The position numbers and the translations under genes were made by a program. From Octopus vulgaris (Eukaryota): a stretch of DNA of 64,000 nt. The notes beneath the pieces were generated by a model. It did no database searches and was not told the origin of the DNA. It saw only the letters and a list, made by a program, of their open reading frames with translations. The stretch covers positions 32,922,001 to 32,986,000 of the forward strand of contig OX597814.1 of NCBI GenBank assembly GCA_951406725.2. The letters run 5' to 3'. Position 1 is the stretch's first letter; each line of letters starts with the position of its first letter. Shown in pieces: positions 53,300-62,948 of this stretch.

Positions 53300-53573
53300 T
53301 ATATATGTATGTATAAACAATACAAACTGGGACAAGAACGCAAAACATTTTGATGACGACACAAAAAACACGGACAGGACATTCGAAGCCTTCAGTCTTC
53401 AGTCAAGAACCGGATCATCCTCACAATTGCGGCTGTTTAATCTTGAGATTGCTCCAATCTGACCAGCCCCAAGGAAAAACTAAGTTAAGCGCAATGACAG
53501 AAAAACGGACGATGTTACACCAATATGAATACAAAAATAATACGTAAAAACAATATTAATAAAACGTAAAAAC

Positions 53574-53623
<50 letters not shown>

Positions 53624-53700
53624 TAACAATAACAGGACATCACGAACAGGCGTCTTTCGACTAAGACGAATTAAGCTCAGCTGGCGTATACCGTAGAAGG
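53300..53700 (-). mobile_element. Non-coding PLE-type element related to 62400-62600
   Basis: Shared ttttgcgttcttgtccc and CTGA(A/C)GA...cgaatg blocks. Ends in (TA)n. Confidence 0.5.
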
Positions 53701-53850
53701 GAAATTATTGTCGTCAACTAAATTTAATTAACGGTGTGAATAACACCTGCATTGCTAGAAATAGGAACTTAGGTGCTCCACTGCTGTTACAAAGCACATA
53801 AAATTTACTCTGACAGGGCTGCAATCGCCTCGAACACCGAACCGAGAATT

Positions 53851-53902
53851 CCTTAGACTGACTGGTCAGTTTCGGTTATTGCCGTAACCATCTATAGTAA
53901 GG
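53851..53902 (-). ncRNA. Hammerhead motif with a mutated core
   Basis: CCTTA-CTATAGA-T-GGTTA-cggcaa-TAACC-GAAA-CTGAC-ca-GTCAG-TC-TAAGG. All three stems pair, but CTGAxGA is altered to CTATAGA. Confidence 0.65.
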
Positions 53903-54344
53903 CAAGCAATATATATATTAACGAAGAGAGTGGAGTGAGAAAATTGTTTAATTACCTATATTTACTGTTGTTTCACCTTCGTAGATTATTGCTGTATATG
54001 CAAATATAGATTCAAGGTGTATCGTTGTATAGTTAAAATCAAATATTAGTTCATCATAATCCTGTATATAATAACAGGCGACGGCATTATATTTATACCT
54101 TTTTCTGCATGCATGAATATATGTATGTACGTATGTGTATATGTACGCATGTATGTATATATGTATGTATGTGTGTCTATACGTACATGTGTATGTATGT
54201 GAGTATGTATTTAAGTGTATATATATGTGTGTATACCTAGAGTACTAAGCACATATTGTTAAATCACTGAGAATAGAAATGAAAATTTGAAATTAACATC
54301 CGGTTGAAACATCAAATTAATATAAATAAATTAACACGCGCACG

Positions 54345-54379
<35 letters not shown>

Positions 54380-54383
<4 letters not shown>

Positions 54384-54651
54384 TAAAAATAATAATAAAA
54401 CTAATATGACAACAAAATAATGAATGAGACCTCGAGATTATGTAAAACAGGAATTTATCTACTAATATAATATGTGACAATAAGTTGGTTGCCATAATAA
54501 AACTGAGAGTTTCGGATACCGGGGCTGAAGTCTGCTCAACGGTTTTTTTAAAACCGTTTTGTCTTAATCACTGATGAGATACCGGAGCAGACTTCAGCTC
54601 CGGTATCTGAAACTTTGAGTTTTATTATGACAACTAACTAATTGTCACATA
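54380..54651. mobile_element. Fold-back PLE terminal-repeat element with an HHR (54565-54627, plus strand)
   Basis: TAATCA-CTGATGA-GATACCGGAGC-agacttca-GCTCCGGTATC-T-GAAA-CT-ttg-AG-TT-TTATTA. Inverted arm at about 54468-54537. Related to the Naiad 3' end at 54947. Confidence 0.75.
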
Positions 54652-54654
54652 TGA

Positions 54655-54689
<35 letters not shown>

Positions 54690-54792
54690 GCGTGTGTGTG
54701 TGTGTATGTATGTATATTAATATATGTTTGTATATATATATATATGTATATTTATATATGCTTATATCTATATTTATTCATGTTTGTATATG

Positions 54793-54843
<51 letters not shown>

Positions 54844-54871
54844 GTGTATATAGATATATATATATGTATAG

Positions 54872-54903
<32 letters not shown>

Positions 54904-54916
54904 GTATATATATATG

Positions 54917-54946
<30 letters not shown>

Positions 54947-54947
<1 letters not shown>

Positions 54948-56877
54948 TGATAAAACGGTAAGATAACAAAAGAAAGAAAGAGACCTCAATATTATGTAAA
55001 TAGAGGAAATTTATCTATACAATATGTTACATTACTCGGTAGTCAAGATAAAACTCTGAGTTTCAGATGCCGAAGTGGAAATCCACAACACCATCTCTTC
55101 GGTTATCTGGCGATCTGAAAACGTTATGAAAAAATACCGTTAAAAATGAAGGGAAATTACTCTGTTATAACTCTGCTTTGCCTGCGTACTTATACATCGC
55201 TCGCATTTTTCGTCATAAAAATTATATAAAAATACATAAAAATATATAAAAATATATAAAAATATATAAAATCTTCTTGGGACATAACACAGAAAGCATG
55301 TTCTATCCGTTTTCTTTAGGGGACCAAAAACGTAACAGAAATTTAGTCACATGTGGGCATGATCCGAAAAGCTCTGTCCTTGTATTTAGACATGTGGTAG
55401 GGTCTAAGCTGCTTTTCCAGATAAGCCATCTCTCCATGTCGCATAAACCGCACCTTCCGCTGCCGTTAGTATAGGGCTTACATCTGGCCAAAATCTTCCA
55501 TTGTATGTTATAATCGACACCTTTATCTCTTAAAGACCAAATATGATTGGATAATTGTGTCGCTTTTCTTTTGTTCCAGTGCCTAAAGCTCAAAGTGTGG
55601 TTATTGAACCTGGCCTTGAAATTACCTTCTGTCAGGCCCACGTATTTCTTCGTCGAAACGGTGTCTTTAGTGGTTATAGAGTTTACGGTAGCTTCATATA
55701 TGATGGTCTTGGACATGCAAGCTCCATTTAGCGGGCACAATTCTTTATTCCTGCATGAACAGCTGTTTTCTTCTTGTGTTTTTTGTATGTTATGATTGAT
55801 TATGTTTTTAAAATTGGTAGTTGAACTAAAACTAATTTTTAAATTGTGTCTATTGAAGAGTTTCCTATAAGCATGGTTAACTGGAAAATGTCTATCTATC
55901 AGTGCTAGGAAATATTTACCTATATTGAAGGCCACCTCGGGTGAGTAAGGGGGCGTAAACCAGATGACCTTCCTATTTCTATTATTCCTTTTCCTTATTG
56001 TTGGGCTGGTGATAGGTGTATATTTTATTTTTTCGCTAAAACCACTATCTTTTAAAGCTTTATTATAAACTGGGGCAACGCTATTGAAGATGTCCTCATT
56101 AGATGAGAGGCTAGAAATCCTCTTACTAATATTTTTAACTAAATTTTTGAATACTATAGGGGGATGGCATGAACCTACATTAATATAACTTAGTCTATCA
56201 TTGGGCTTCCTATAAGGCTTATAAATATTATTATTAAGATCTAAGGAAACGTCTAAGAAATTGACAACCGTCAGGTTAGTGTCTATTGTTATACTAAGTC
56301 CGAAGTGTTTCATTAACTGGATAATATCCTTCCTAAAACGATCTTGTGCTGGTCCATTTGTATTAGCTGTTAAGGCGAGGGCATCATCTTTGTAGATGGC
56401 GAAATGTACGTTAGGGAATGTCTTACCGAAGGTATCTAGGAGAAAGAGTCCAATTAGATCACAGATGCCTGCCCCATCATATGAACCCATGCTCACATCG
56501 AAAGCGCCCTCCGTGTCGGTGTTTTTTACCCACTTTGCATTCTCACTGAAAAGTAATGTCTTTCTAGCATGGAAGATTATATCCTTATCATTGGTACTAA
56601 TTTCTATGAAGTCACTAGCGAAGATTAGGGCTTTATCTAGCAGTTCTTTAGAGATAGAGGCATAAAAATCAACAATATCGAATTGTGTAAACCTCGCTTT
56701 TTTCTTATTCTTAATAGCTTTAAACCAGTCTACGACTTCTATACTATTGGACCATTGCACTAGCCTAGTATCGGTCTTAATTTTCGTATTTATTTTATCT
56801 AAAATTTCTTTGCTAATAATCCCTAGTTCTGACTTGGCTGGGTTGATAAGCCTACATTTAGGGTTGGAAAGGAAGTT
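54947..56877 (-). mobile_element. 5'-truncated Penelope-like element (Naiad-type) with 3' terminal repeat, in (TA)n
   Basis: RT plus GIY-YIG frame. The 3' non-coding region carries an HHR motif at 55046-55108. Confidence 0.93.
55303..56877 (-). CDS. PLE reverse transcriptase plus GIY-YIG endonuclease (uninterrupted frame, N-terminus missing)
   Basis: CRLINPAKSELG, QFDIVDFYASI, MGSYDGAGICDLIG, YKDD, VNFLDV, SCHPP, WFTPPYS, CSCRNKELCPLNGAC, IIY...KYVGLTEGNFKARFNNH, CGLC..E and LNTRTELFGSCPH. The frame stays open 39 codons upstream of the called GTG start. Confidence 0.92.
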   Translation of the reverse strand, partial: NFLSNPKCRLINPAKSELGIISKEILDKINTKIKTDTRLVQWSNSIEVVDWFKAIKNKKKARFTQFDIVDFYASISKELLDKALIFASDFIEISTNDKDIIFHARKTLLFSENAKWVKNTDTEGAFDVSMGSYDGAGICDLIGLFLLDTFGKTFPNVHFAIYKDDALALTANTNGPAQDRFRKDIIQLMKHFGLSITIDTNLTVVNFLDVSLDLNNNIYKPYRKPNDRLSYINVGSCHPPIVFKNLVKNISKRISSLSSNEDIFNSVAPVYNKALKDSGFSEKIKYTPITSPTIRKRNNRNRKVIWFTPPYSPEVAFNIGKYFLALIDRHFPVNHAYRKLFNRHNLKISFSSTTNFKNIINHNIQKTQEENSCSCRNKELCPLNGACMSKTIIYEATVNSITTKDTVSTKKYVGLTEGNFKARFNNHTLSFRHWNKRKATQLSNHIWSLRDKGVDYNIQWKILARCKPYTNGSGRCGLCDMERWLIWKSSLDPTTCLNTRTELFGSCPHVTKFLLRFWSPKENG

Positions 56878-56880
56878 TCA

Positions 56881-57162
56881 CGAGGGAGGGAAGAAGGGGG
56901 AGAAGCAAACAGGTGCAGGTGTGACCATGGACGCCAACTCCGCCGCCATCGACACACGAAAAATTATGCATTAAAATGGAATAAAAAATGATGTTAAATT
57001 ATTTTTAAAATCGTAGACTCATCGTAGACGCGCGCTAATAGCCAGACGGGCTTCATATTAATCACGACTATAAGATACCTGAATTTGGTTAAACTGCACC
57101 GCAAAATGTGGGAGGAGTTAGGAATCTAAATCGTAGGAGACAGACACTCACACAACTACAGT

Positions 57163-57175
<13 letters not shown>
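56881..57175 (-). mobile_element. Non-autonomous Helitron, 5' part
   Basis: 56975-57145 is the reverse complement of 15472-15650. Confidence 0.8.
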
Positions 57176-57196
<21 letters not shown>

Positions 57197-57684
57197 CATA
57201 TTTATTTATTTATATGTGTGTGTTTGTGTACGTGTGTGTGTGTTTATGTTTGAGGTAGAACAAACGAGATTTACTGAATATATACGCGAAATTCTTGGCA
57301 CTTGGATTACTTTTGTAACTTTCTTCTCATTGATATACATACATCCGAACATACACATACACGCATACATACATAAATGCATACACTGACACATACATAC
57401 ACACACATACATGTACATATACTTACGTATACGCATGCTTATGGTTTATCGAGTTATTGTATCCTTCTAATACGGACGGCAGTATCGAATCTCATCTCAA
57501 AAGAAGAAACTGGTTCACTTCGATACGAGGTTTATAGTTACATTCAGCATCTTCAGTGCAGACAAAATTCCTATCAACTGCCCATATTGTAATGGGACAG
57601 TAATGTACACTGCGTAAATATATATACATACATGCGTATATGTATGTATATATGCATTCATATATCATTATATACATAACTATA

Positions 57685-58315
57685 CAAAATGAATGTAAAC
57701 AGCAGGTTGCAATGTTTTACCAAGCAGGAGAATTATAACTGTCACTAAATGTGACTAGGGGTTAAAAATACTTACATTGCTAGAAATAAGAGCTAAAATG
57801 CTCTAATGCTGTAGTTAATGCACATGAATGAACACATATACACTAACAAGGACCATAATTGTCCTAAAAATGCCGACCGAGAATCCTTAAGACTCACGTC
57901 AGTTTCGGCATCTTCCGTTTACATCGTCAGTGACGCCAGCTCTGTGTTCGGTTAATTCCGGACCTGTTTCTATATCAGCGTATATGTTTTCGTCATCCAA
58001 ATTAATGGATGATTTAGCGATTCTCTAATGTGTATACACAAAATTAATATAAACAGCAGGTTGCAATGATTCATCAAAAAGGATAATAATAATTGTTACT
58101 AAATGTGAATAGAAAGTTGTAAAACAACTACATTGTTAGAAATAAGAGATTAAATATTCTGATACTGTAGTTAACAGCATCTTTCGGACAATTGTGGTCC
58201 CTGTTAATGCATATGTTTTCATTCATGTACGTTAACTACAGCATTAGAGCATTTTAGCTCTTATTTCTAGCAATATATGTGCTTTTTAACACCCTAGTCA
58301 CATCTAGTGACAATT

Positions 58316-58318
<3 letters not shown>
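57685..58318. mobile_element. Non-coding PLE-type element with direct and inverted repeats and a decayed HHR (about 57885-57935, minus strand)
   Basis: 57690-57816 repeats directly at 58045-58174, and 57733-57873 is inverted at 58176-58318. CTGACGA...GCC-GAAA-CTGACGTGAG-TC. Related to 53700-53910. Confidence 0.7.
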
Positions 58319-58352
<34 letters not shown>

Positions 58353-58356
<4 letters not shown>

Positions 58357-58840
58357 TAAAACGGTAAGATAACAAAAGAAAGAAAGAGACCTCAATATTA
58401 TGTAAACAGAGGAAATTTATCTATACAATAATATGTTACATTACTCGGTAGTCAAGATAAAACTCTGAGTTTCAGATGCCGAAGTGGAAATCCACAACAC
58501 CATCTCTTCGGTTATCTGGCTATTTGAAAACGCTATAAAAAATACCGTTAAATAAAGGGAAATTACTGTGTTATTACTCTGCTTGCCTGCGTACTTATAC
58601 TTCGCTCGCATTTTTCGTCATAAAAATTATATAAAAATACATAAAAAATATATAAAAATATATAAAAATATATAAAATCTTCTTGGGACATAACATAGAA
58701 AGCATGTTCTTTTCGGATCATGCCCACATGTGACTAAATTTCTGTTACGTTTTTGGTCCCCTAAAGAAAACACATAGAACATGCCCACTTCGGCATCTGA
58801 AACTCAGTTTTATCTTGACTACCGAGTAATGTAACATATT

Positions 58841-58848
<8 letters not shown>
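58353..58848 (-). mobile_element. Short rearranged copy of the Naiad 3' end
   Basis: 58353-58710 closely repeats 54947-55303 and is followed by two inverted pieces. Flanked by (TA)n. Confidence 0.9.
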
Positions 58849-58896
<48 letters not shown>

Positions 58897-58941
58897 ATAT
58901 ACAGATATATATGTATATATATAGATAGATATAGATATATA

Positions 58942-60226
58942 GAGGGGGCGTAAGGTATTTGAAGACATACCTTTTTTTTGCGGGGGGGTCATTGCTGCAG
59001 TTTTTGCTAACTCTGTATAAACTTTATTTCAGAAAATTTATAATAGCAGATCCTCAGCTAACTAAAGAAATGAAGAGACGTGCTGTTGTTGTGGTTATCA
59101 AGGATGAGCATAGCAATTTAGAAATATCTCGATTTTTAAAAGTTGCCAGATCTTTCGTCTACAAAGTTTGTAAGGAGCTATTGACCGAAGATGGAAACGT
59201 ATCACCAATACACTAACAAGGACCATAATTGTCCTAAAAATGCCGACCGAGGATCCTTAAGACTCACGTCAGTTTCGGCATCTTCCGTTTACATCGTCAG
59301 TGACGCATAAAAAGCGTTCGAAACGCTCTGAAATCATTAGAACAACTGAATTTATCCAGCAAGTTCAACAGATCATTGATTACAATCCCAGAAAATGTGG
59401 TCAATTGCAAAAGATGTGCATGTGTCAGAAGGAACAGACAGAAGTGTTGTCCACGAAGACATCAAATATGTCTTATATGATGATGAAAGGTCAATTTGTC
59501 AGAAAAAGCAAAAGAAAATCACTACATCAGATCTAAAAGGCTCTTAAACAAACTGGAAAATCCAGCAGAAGAAAATTTGATTTGGTTTTTCTCAAAAAAG
59601 TTAACAGAAAAAATGACAGATGCTTATGTGCAGCCCCTTCTGTAGTTCCAAGTGTTATGCATACCAAATTTCCTGAAACTGTCATGATTTTAGGGACTAT
59701 CAACAATGAAGGACATGTGATATCACCTTACTTCTTTCCAGAAGGCCTTAGAGTTAACTCTGTTGCCTACCTTGGGGGCCTGAAAATAGTTGTTAAGCTC
59801 TGGGTAGACTGTATGCATTGGAAAGCCATATACGTTTCAGTAAGTCCCTGCACTATCACACATGGCTTTAGTAGCACAGGAATGGAGGGCTGAAAATTTC
59901 ATGATCACATAACCCCTAATATTTTTCCTCCTAGTGAATATTTTGCCTCAATGAACACACCAGTAACACCAACGATTCTTTAAAAGCTGCAATAGCCAGA
60001 GTAATAACCAACATGAACCATGACCACTTGATTCGAGCATGTAGATGATATAGATTTCATATAGAAGCAGTTTTTGAAGCTGAAGGTGGATTTATTTAAT
60101 AATATTATAGAAAAAAATGGTTCATTTTTATCCTCATAGCATTTTTTGATAAATAGAGTTATCTATTATTATATATCTGTTTTGTTTATAAACATAAATC
60201 TGTCCTCAAATATCTTACGCACCTTG
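58942..60226 (+). mobile_element. Full-length degraded maT/DD37D-type Tc1-mariner element
   Basis: TIRs gagggggcgtaaggtatttgaagaca / tgtcctcaaatatcttacgcaccttg with TA flanks. Fragments EISRFLKVARSFVYKV, MHTKFPETVMILG...EG and ENFHDHITPNIFPP. Confidence 0.88.
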
Positions 60227-60677
60227 TATATATATCTCCTCCATACTGAATTAATGTCCAAGTATTACGAAGCTACCAAAAACACTCCATAGATACATGC
60301 GATTGAAAGCGGGCTAGTGGGGGATATTTATAAGGACACCACATTAATTAGATAATTAGAAGATTAGAAGCTTAAATATATTTTCTTCTATCTTCAGCGC
60401 AATATACGTAACAAAAATGTACGAACTAGTGTTTATACATACCCATGACAAAGCGAGTCATATTAAAATCTTCGTTCGACGACCACATGTATTTCTATCA
60501 AAAATAGGACCGCAGATAAGGCGGATTCTTTATGCGGAGTAAAAATACTATACTGATATTTCATTTATTTATATATTCATAAAATAAGGATAAAAATCAT
60601 GTTAACAATAATTATCAGGTAGTCGGCATGGAAAAAGAATTTTATAGCAATTTATATATTAAATTAATACCTATTTT

Positions 60678-61020
60678 CTTTTATTTGTTTCAGTCATTTG
60701 ACTGCAGCCATGATGGAGCGCCGCCTTTAGTCGGGCAAATCGACCCCAGGACTTTGTAAGCCTAGAACATATTCTATCGGTCTCTTTTGCCAAACCGCTA
60801 AGTTACGGAGACGTGAACACGCCAGCATCGGTTGTCAAGCGATGTTGGGGCCACAAATACAGACACGACGGGCTTCCTTCAGTTTCCTTCTACCAAATCT
60901 ACTCACAAGACTTTTGTTGGCCCTAGGCTATAGTAGAAGACACTTACCCAAAGTGCCACGCAATGGGACTGAACCCGGAACCACGTGGCTGGTAAGCAAG
61001 CTACTTACCACACAGCCACT
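60678..61020 (-). mobile_element. SINE family B
   Basis: Collinear with 24590-24996. Confidence 0.88.
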
Positions 61021-61384
61021 TGTGCATATATATAATTATTTTAAGGAAGAAAGTCAAATCAAGACTTATCTTCTCCAAGCATTACGAAGCTACGAAAAAT
61101 CAGTGTTTGCGTATAGACGTGCAAACTCGCTTTGTTATGTGTATACATAAACACGCGTTTACACATATTGCGCTGAAGATAGTAAAAAATCTATTCTATA
61201 TCTTTATCTTGAAATTAGGTAATTCACAATTAGTGTGGAGTCTTTTAAAATATCTTCTCACTAGCCCGCTTTCAATCGCATGTATCTTATGGAGTTTTTT
61301 CAGTTGCTTCATAATGCTTGGACATTAATTCAGTACGGAACAGATAAGTCTTGTTTTGGCTTTCTCTCTTAAAATAATTATATA

Positions 61385-61512
61385 CAGGGTGTCCCCAAAA
61401 AATGTATACACATAGTGGTTCGGCAAAAGAGAACGATAGAATAAGTACTAGGCTTACAAAGAATAACAAATTTACAATTATTTAAGGTGTGTATACATTG
61501 TTTTGGGACACC

Positions 61513-61515
<3 letters not shown>
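61385..61515. mobile_element. Tc1/mariner-type MITE (131 bp)
   Basis: TIRs cagggtgtccccaaaaaatgtatacaca / tgtgtatacattgttttgggacaccctg, with TA on both sides. Confidence 0.85.
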
Positions 61516-61566
<51 letters not shown>

Positions 61567-61615
61567 TTCTTTTTTCCATGCTGTCTACCTGATAATTATC
61601 ATTAACATGATTTTT

Positions 61616-61649
<34 letters not shown>

Positions 61650-61651
<2 letters not shown>

Positions 61652-62140
61652 ACTGACATCTCATTTTAAGGGGTGTATTAAAAAATTACATAAAAATATC
61701 TTCAAATACTAAAGTGTACATTTATTCACTAAAATCGCCATTTGCTTCAACCACGGTCTTCAGGAAACTTCGGAATCTCCTGCAACTCTTCTGGGCGATC
61801 TCCTTGTTTAAGTTGGTGAATACTGCCATAATCTTTGCCTTCCGTTAATATTTAGTGTTACAAGTAGTTTTGTTGGTCTCTCGCTCAACTGAGCCCCACA
61901 CATAATAATCAAGGGTGTTGCAGTCTGGGGTGTTAAGCGGCCAGATGTTAGGCATGATGTGGTTGCAGAAATTGTCTGACAGCCATGACTGGGTTCTCTT
62001 GCTTGTGTGGCATGGTGCAGAGTTCTGTTGACAGACATAGGGTCTTCGAGCAGTCACCCTCTTGATCCAAGGCATCACTACCTCCTCCAAGCACTTGATG
62101 TATCTGAAATGTTTGTACTGGAGCTTCCCGTTCCAATGCC
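61650..62140 (-). mobile_element. maT (DD37D) transposase C-terminal fragment
   Basis: YVCQQNSAPCHTSKRTQSWLSDNF...IWPLNTPDCNTLDYYVWG: exactly 37 residues between the mutated second catalytic position and the third D. Confidence 0.88.
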
Positions 62141-62249
62141 AATTAGTACAGCATATTTCCAAATTACTTAATTGCGTTATGGTGCTGTTTTTCTCACAGA
62201 CGGCGCCTAAACTAATCCTACTACACTGGGTAATCGACAAAATCCAAAA

Positions 62250-62600
62250 CAAACAATGCACAAGACATGTTCTTGCCCCCCAGACAGAAGGTAAACTCTT
62301 TTTACTTCAAATTTTTATTGATATAAGATGTGAATCATCGAAACCGGTAATATTTTCTTTATATAATTTTAAAAATCATTTTTACTAAATTCCCTCTTAA
62401 ATTGAAACGTCTTAGACCTACTTTTTTGCTATCTCCACCTCCATCTAATCTGGAACTCAACTGACGAAAGAAAACTCCGAATGACCCGTTCTTGTTTTTT
62501 CTTGTCCCTTTTTGTATTATCTAACTGTCTGGATATTTTGCGTTCTTGTCCCATTTTTTGTATTCTTTTTTATATACATGTAGCGGCGTACGTACACTTT
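62250..62600 (+). mobile_element. Non-coding PLE-type relic with two decayed HHR-like motifs
   Basis: gatg-tgaat-catc-gaaa-ccgg-ta (about 62328-62350) and tcaa-ctgacga...cgaatg (about 62457-62483). Confidence 0.45.
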
Positions 62601-62618
62601 GGTCTTTTATATGTTAGT

Positions 62619-62651
<33 letters not shown>

Positions 62652-62665
62652 CATGACGATGAGCT

Positions 62666-62741
<76 letters not shown>

Positions 62742-62743
<2 letters not shown>

Positions 62744-62948
62744 CGGTGAGCTGGCAGAATCGTTAGCACGCCGAGCAAAATGCTTAGCTGCATTTCATCC
62801 GCCTTTTGTTCAAATTCCACCAAGGTCGATTTTACCTTTCATCCTTTCGGGGTCGATAAATTAACTACCAGTAAAACACGAGAGGCGATGTAATCAACTA
62901 GTTCCCTCACCCCAAATTTCAAGCCTTGTTCCTTTAGTAGAAAGGATT
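62742..62948 (+). mobile_element. SINE family A
   Basis: gtgagctggcagaatcgttagcacgcc...cctttcatcctttcggggtcgataaa...tagaaaggatt. Confidence 0.88.

Larger units (their letters stand above)
60236..61620. repeat. Two diverged, oppositely oriented copies of a non-coding repeat (60236-60655 and 61028-61620)
   Basis: gatacatgcgattgaaagcgggctagtg and ataattatcaggtag each occur with their reverse complements. Confidence 0.65.

Noticed and set aside
55303-56877. Selenocysteine recoding in the Naiad frame
   Set aside because: No in-frame TGA lies within the coding region; the TGA at 56878-56880 is at the truncation junction.
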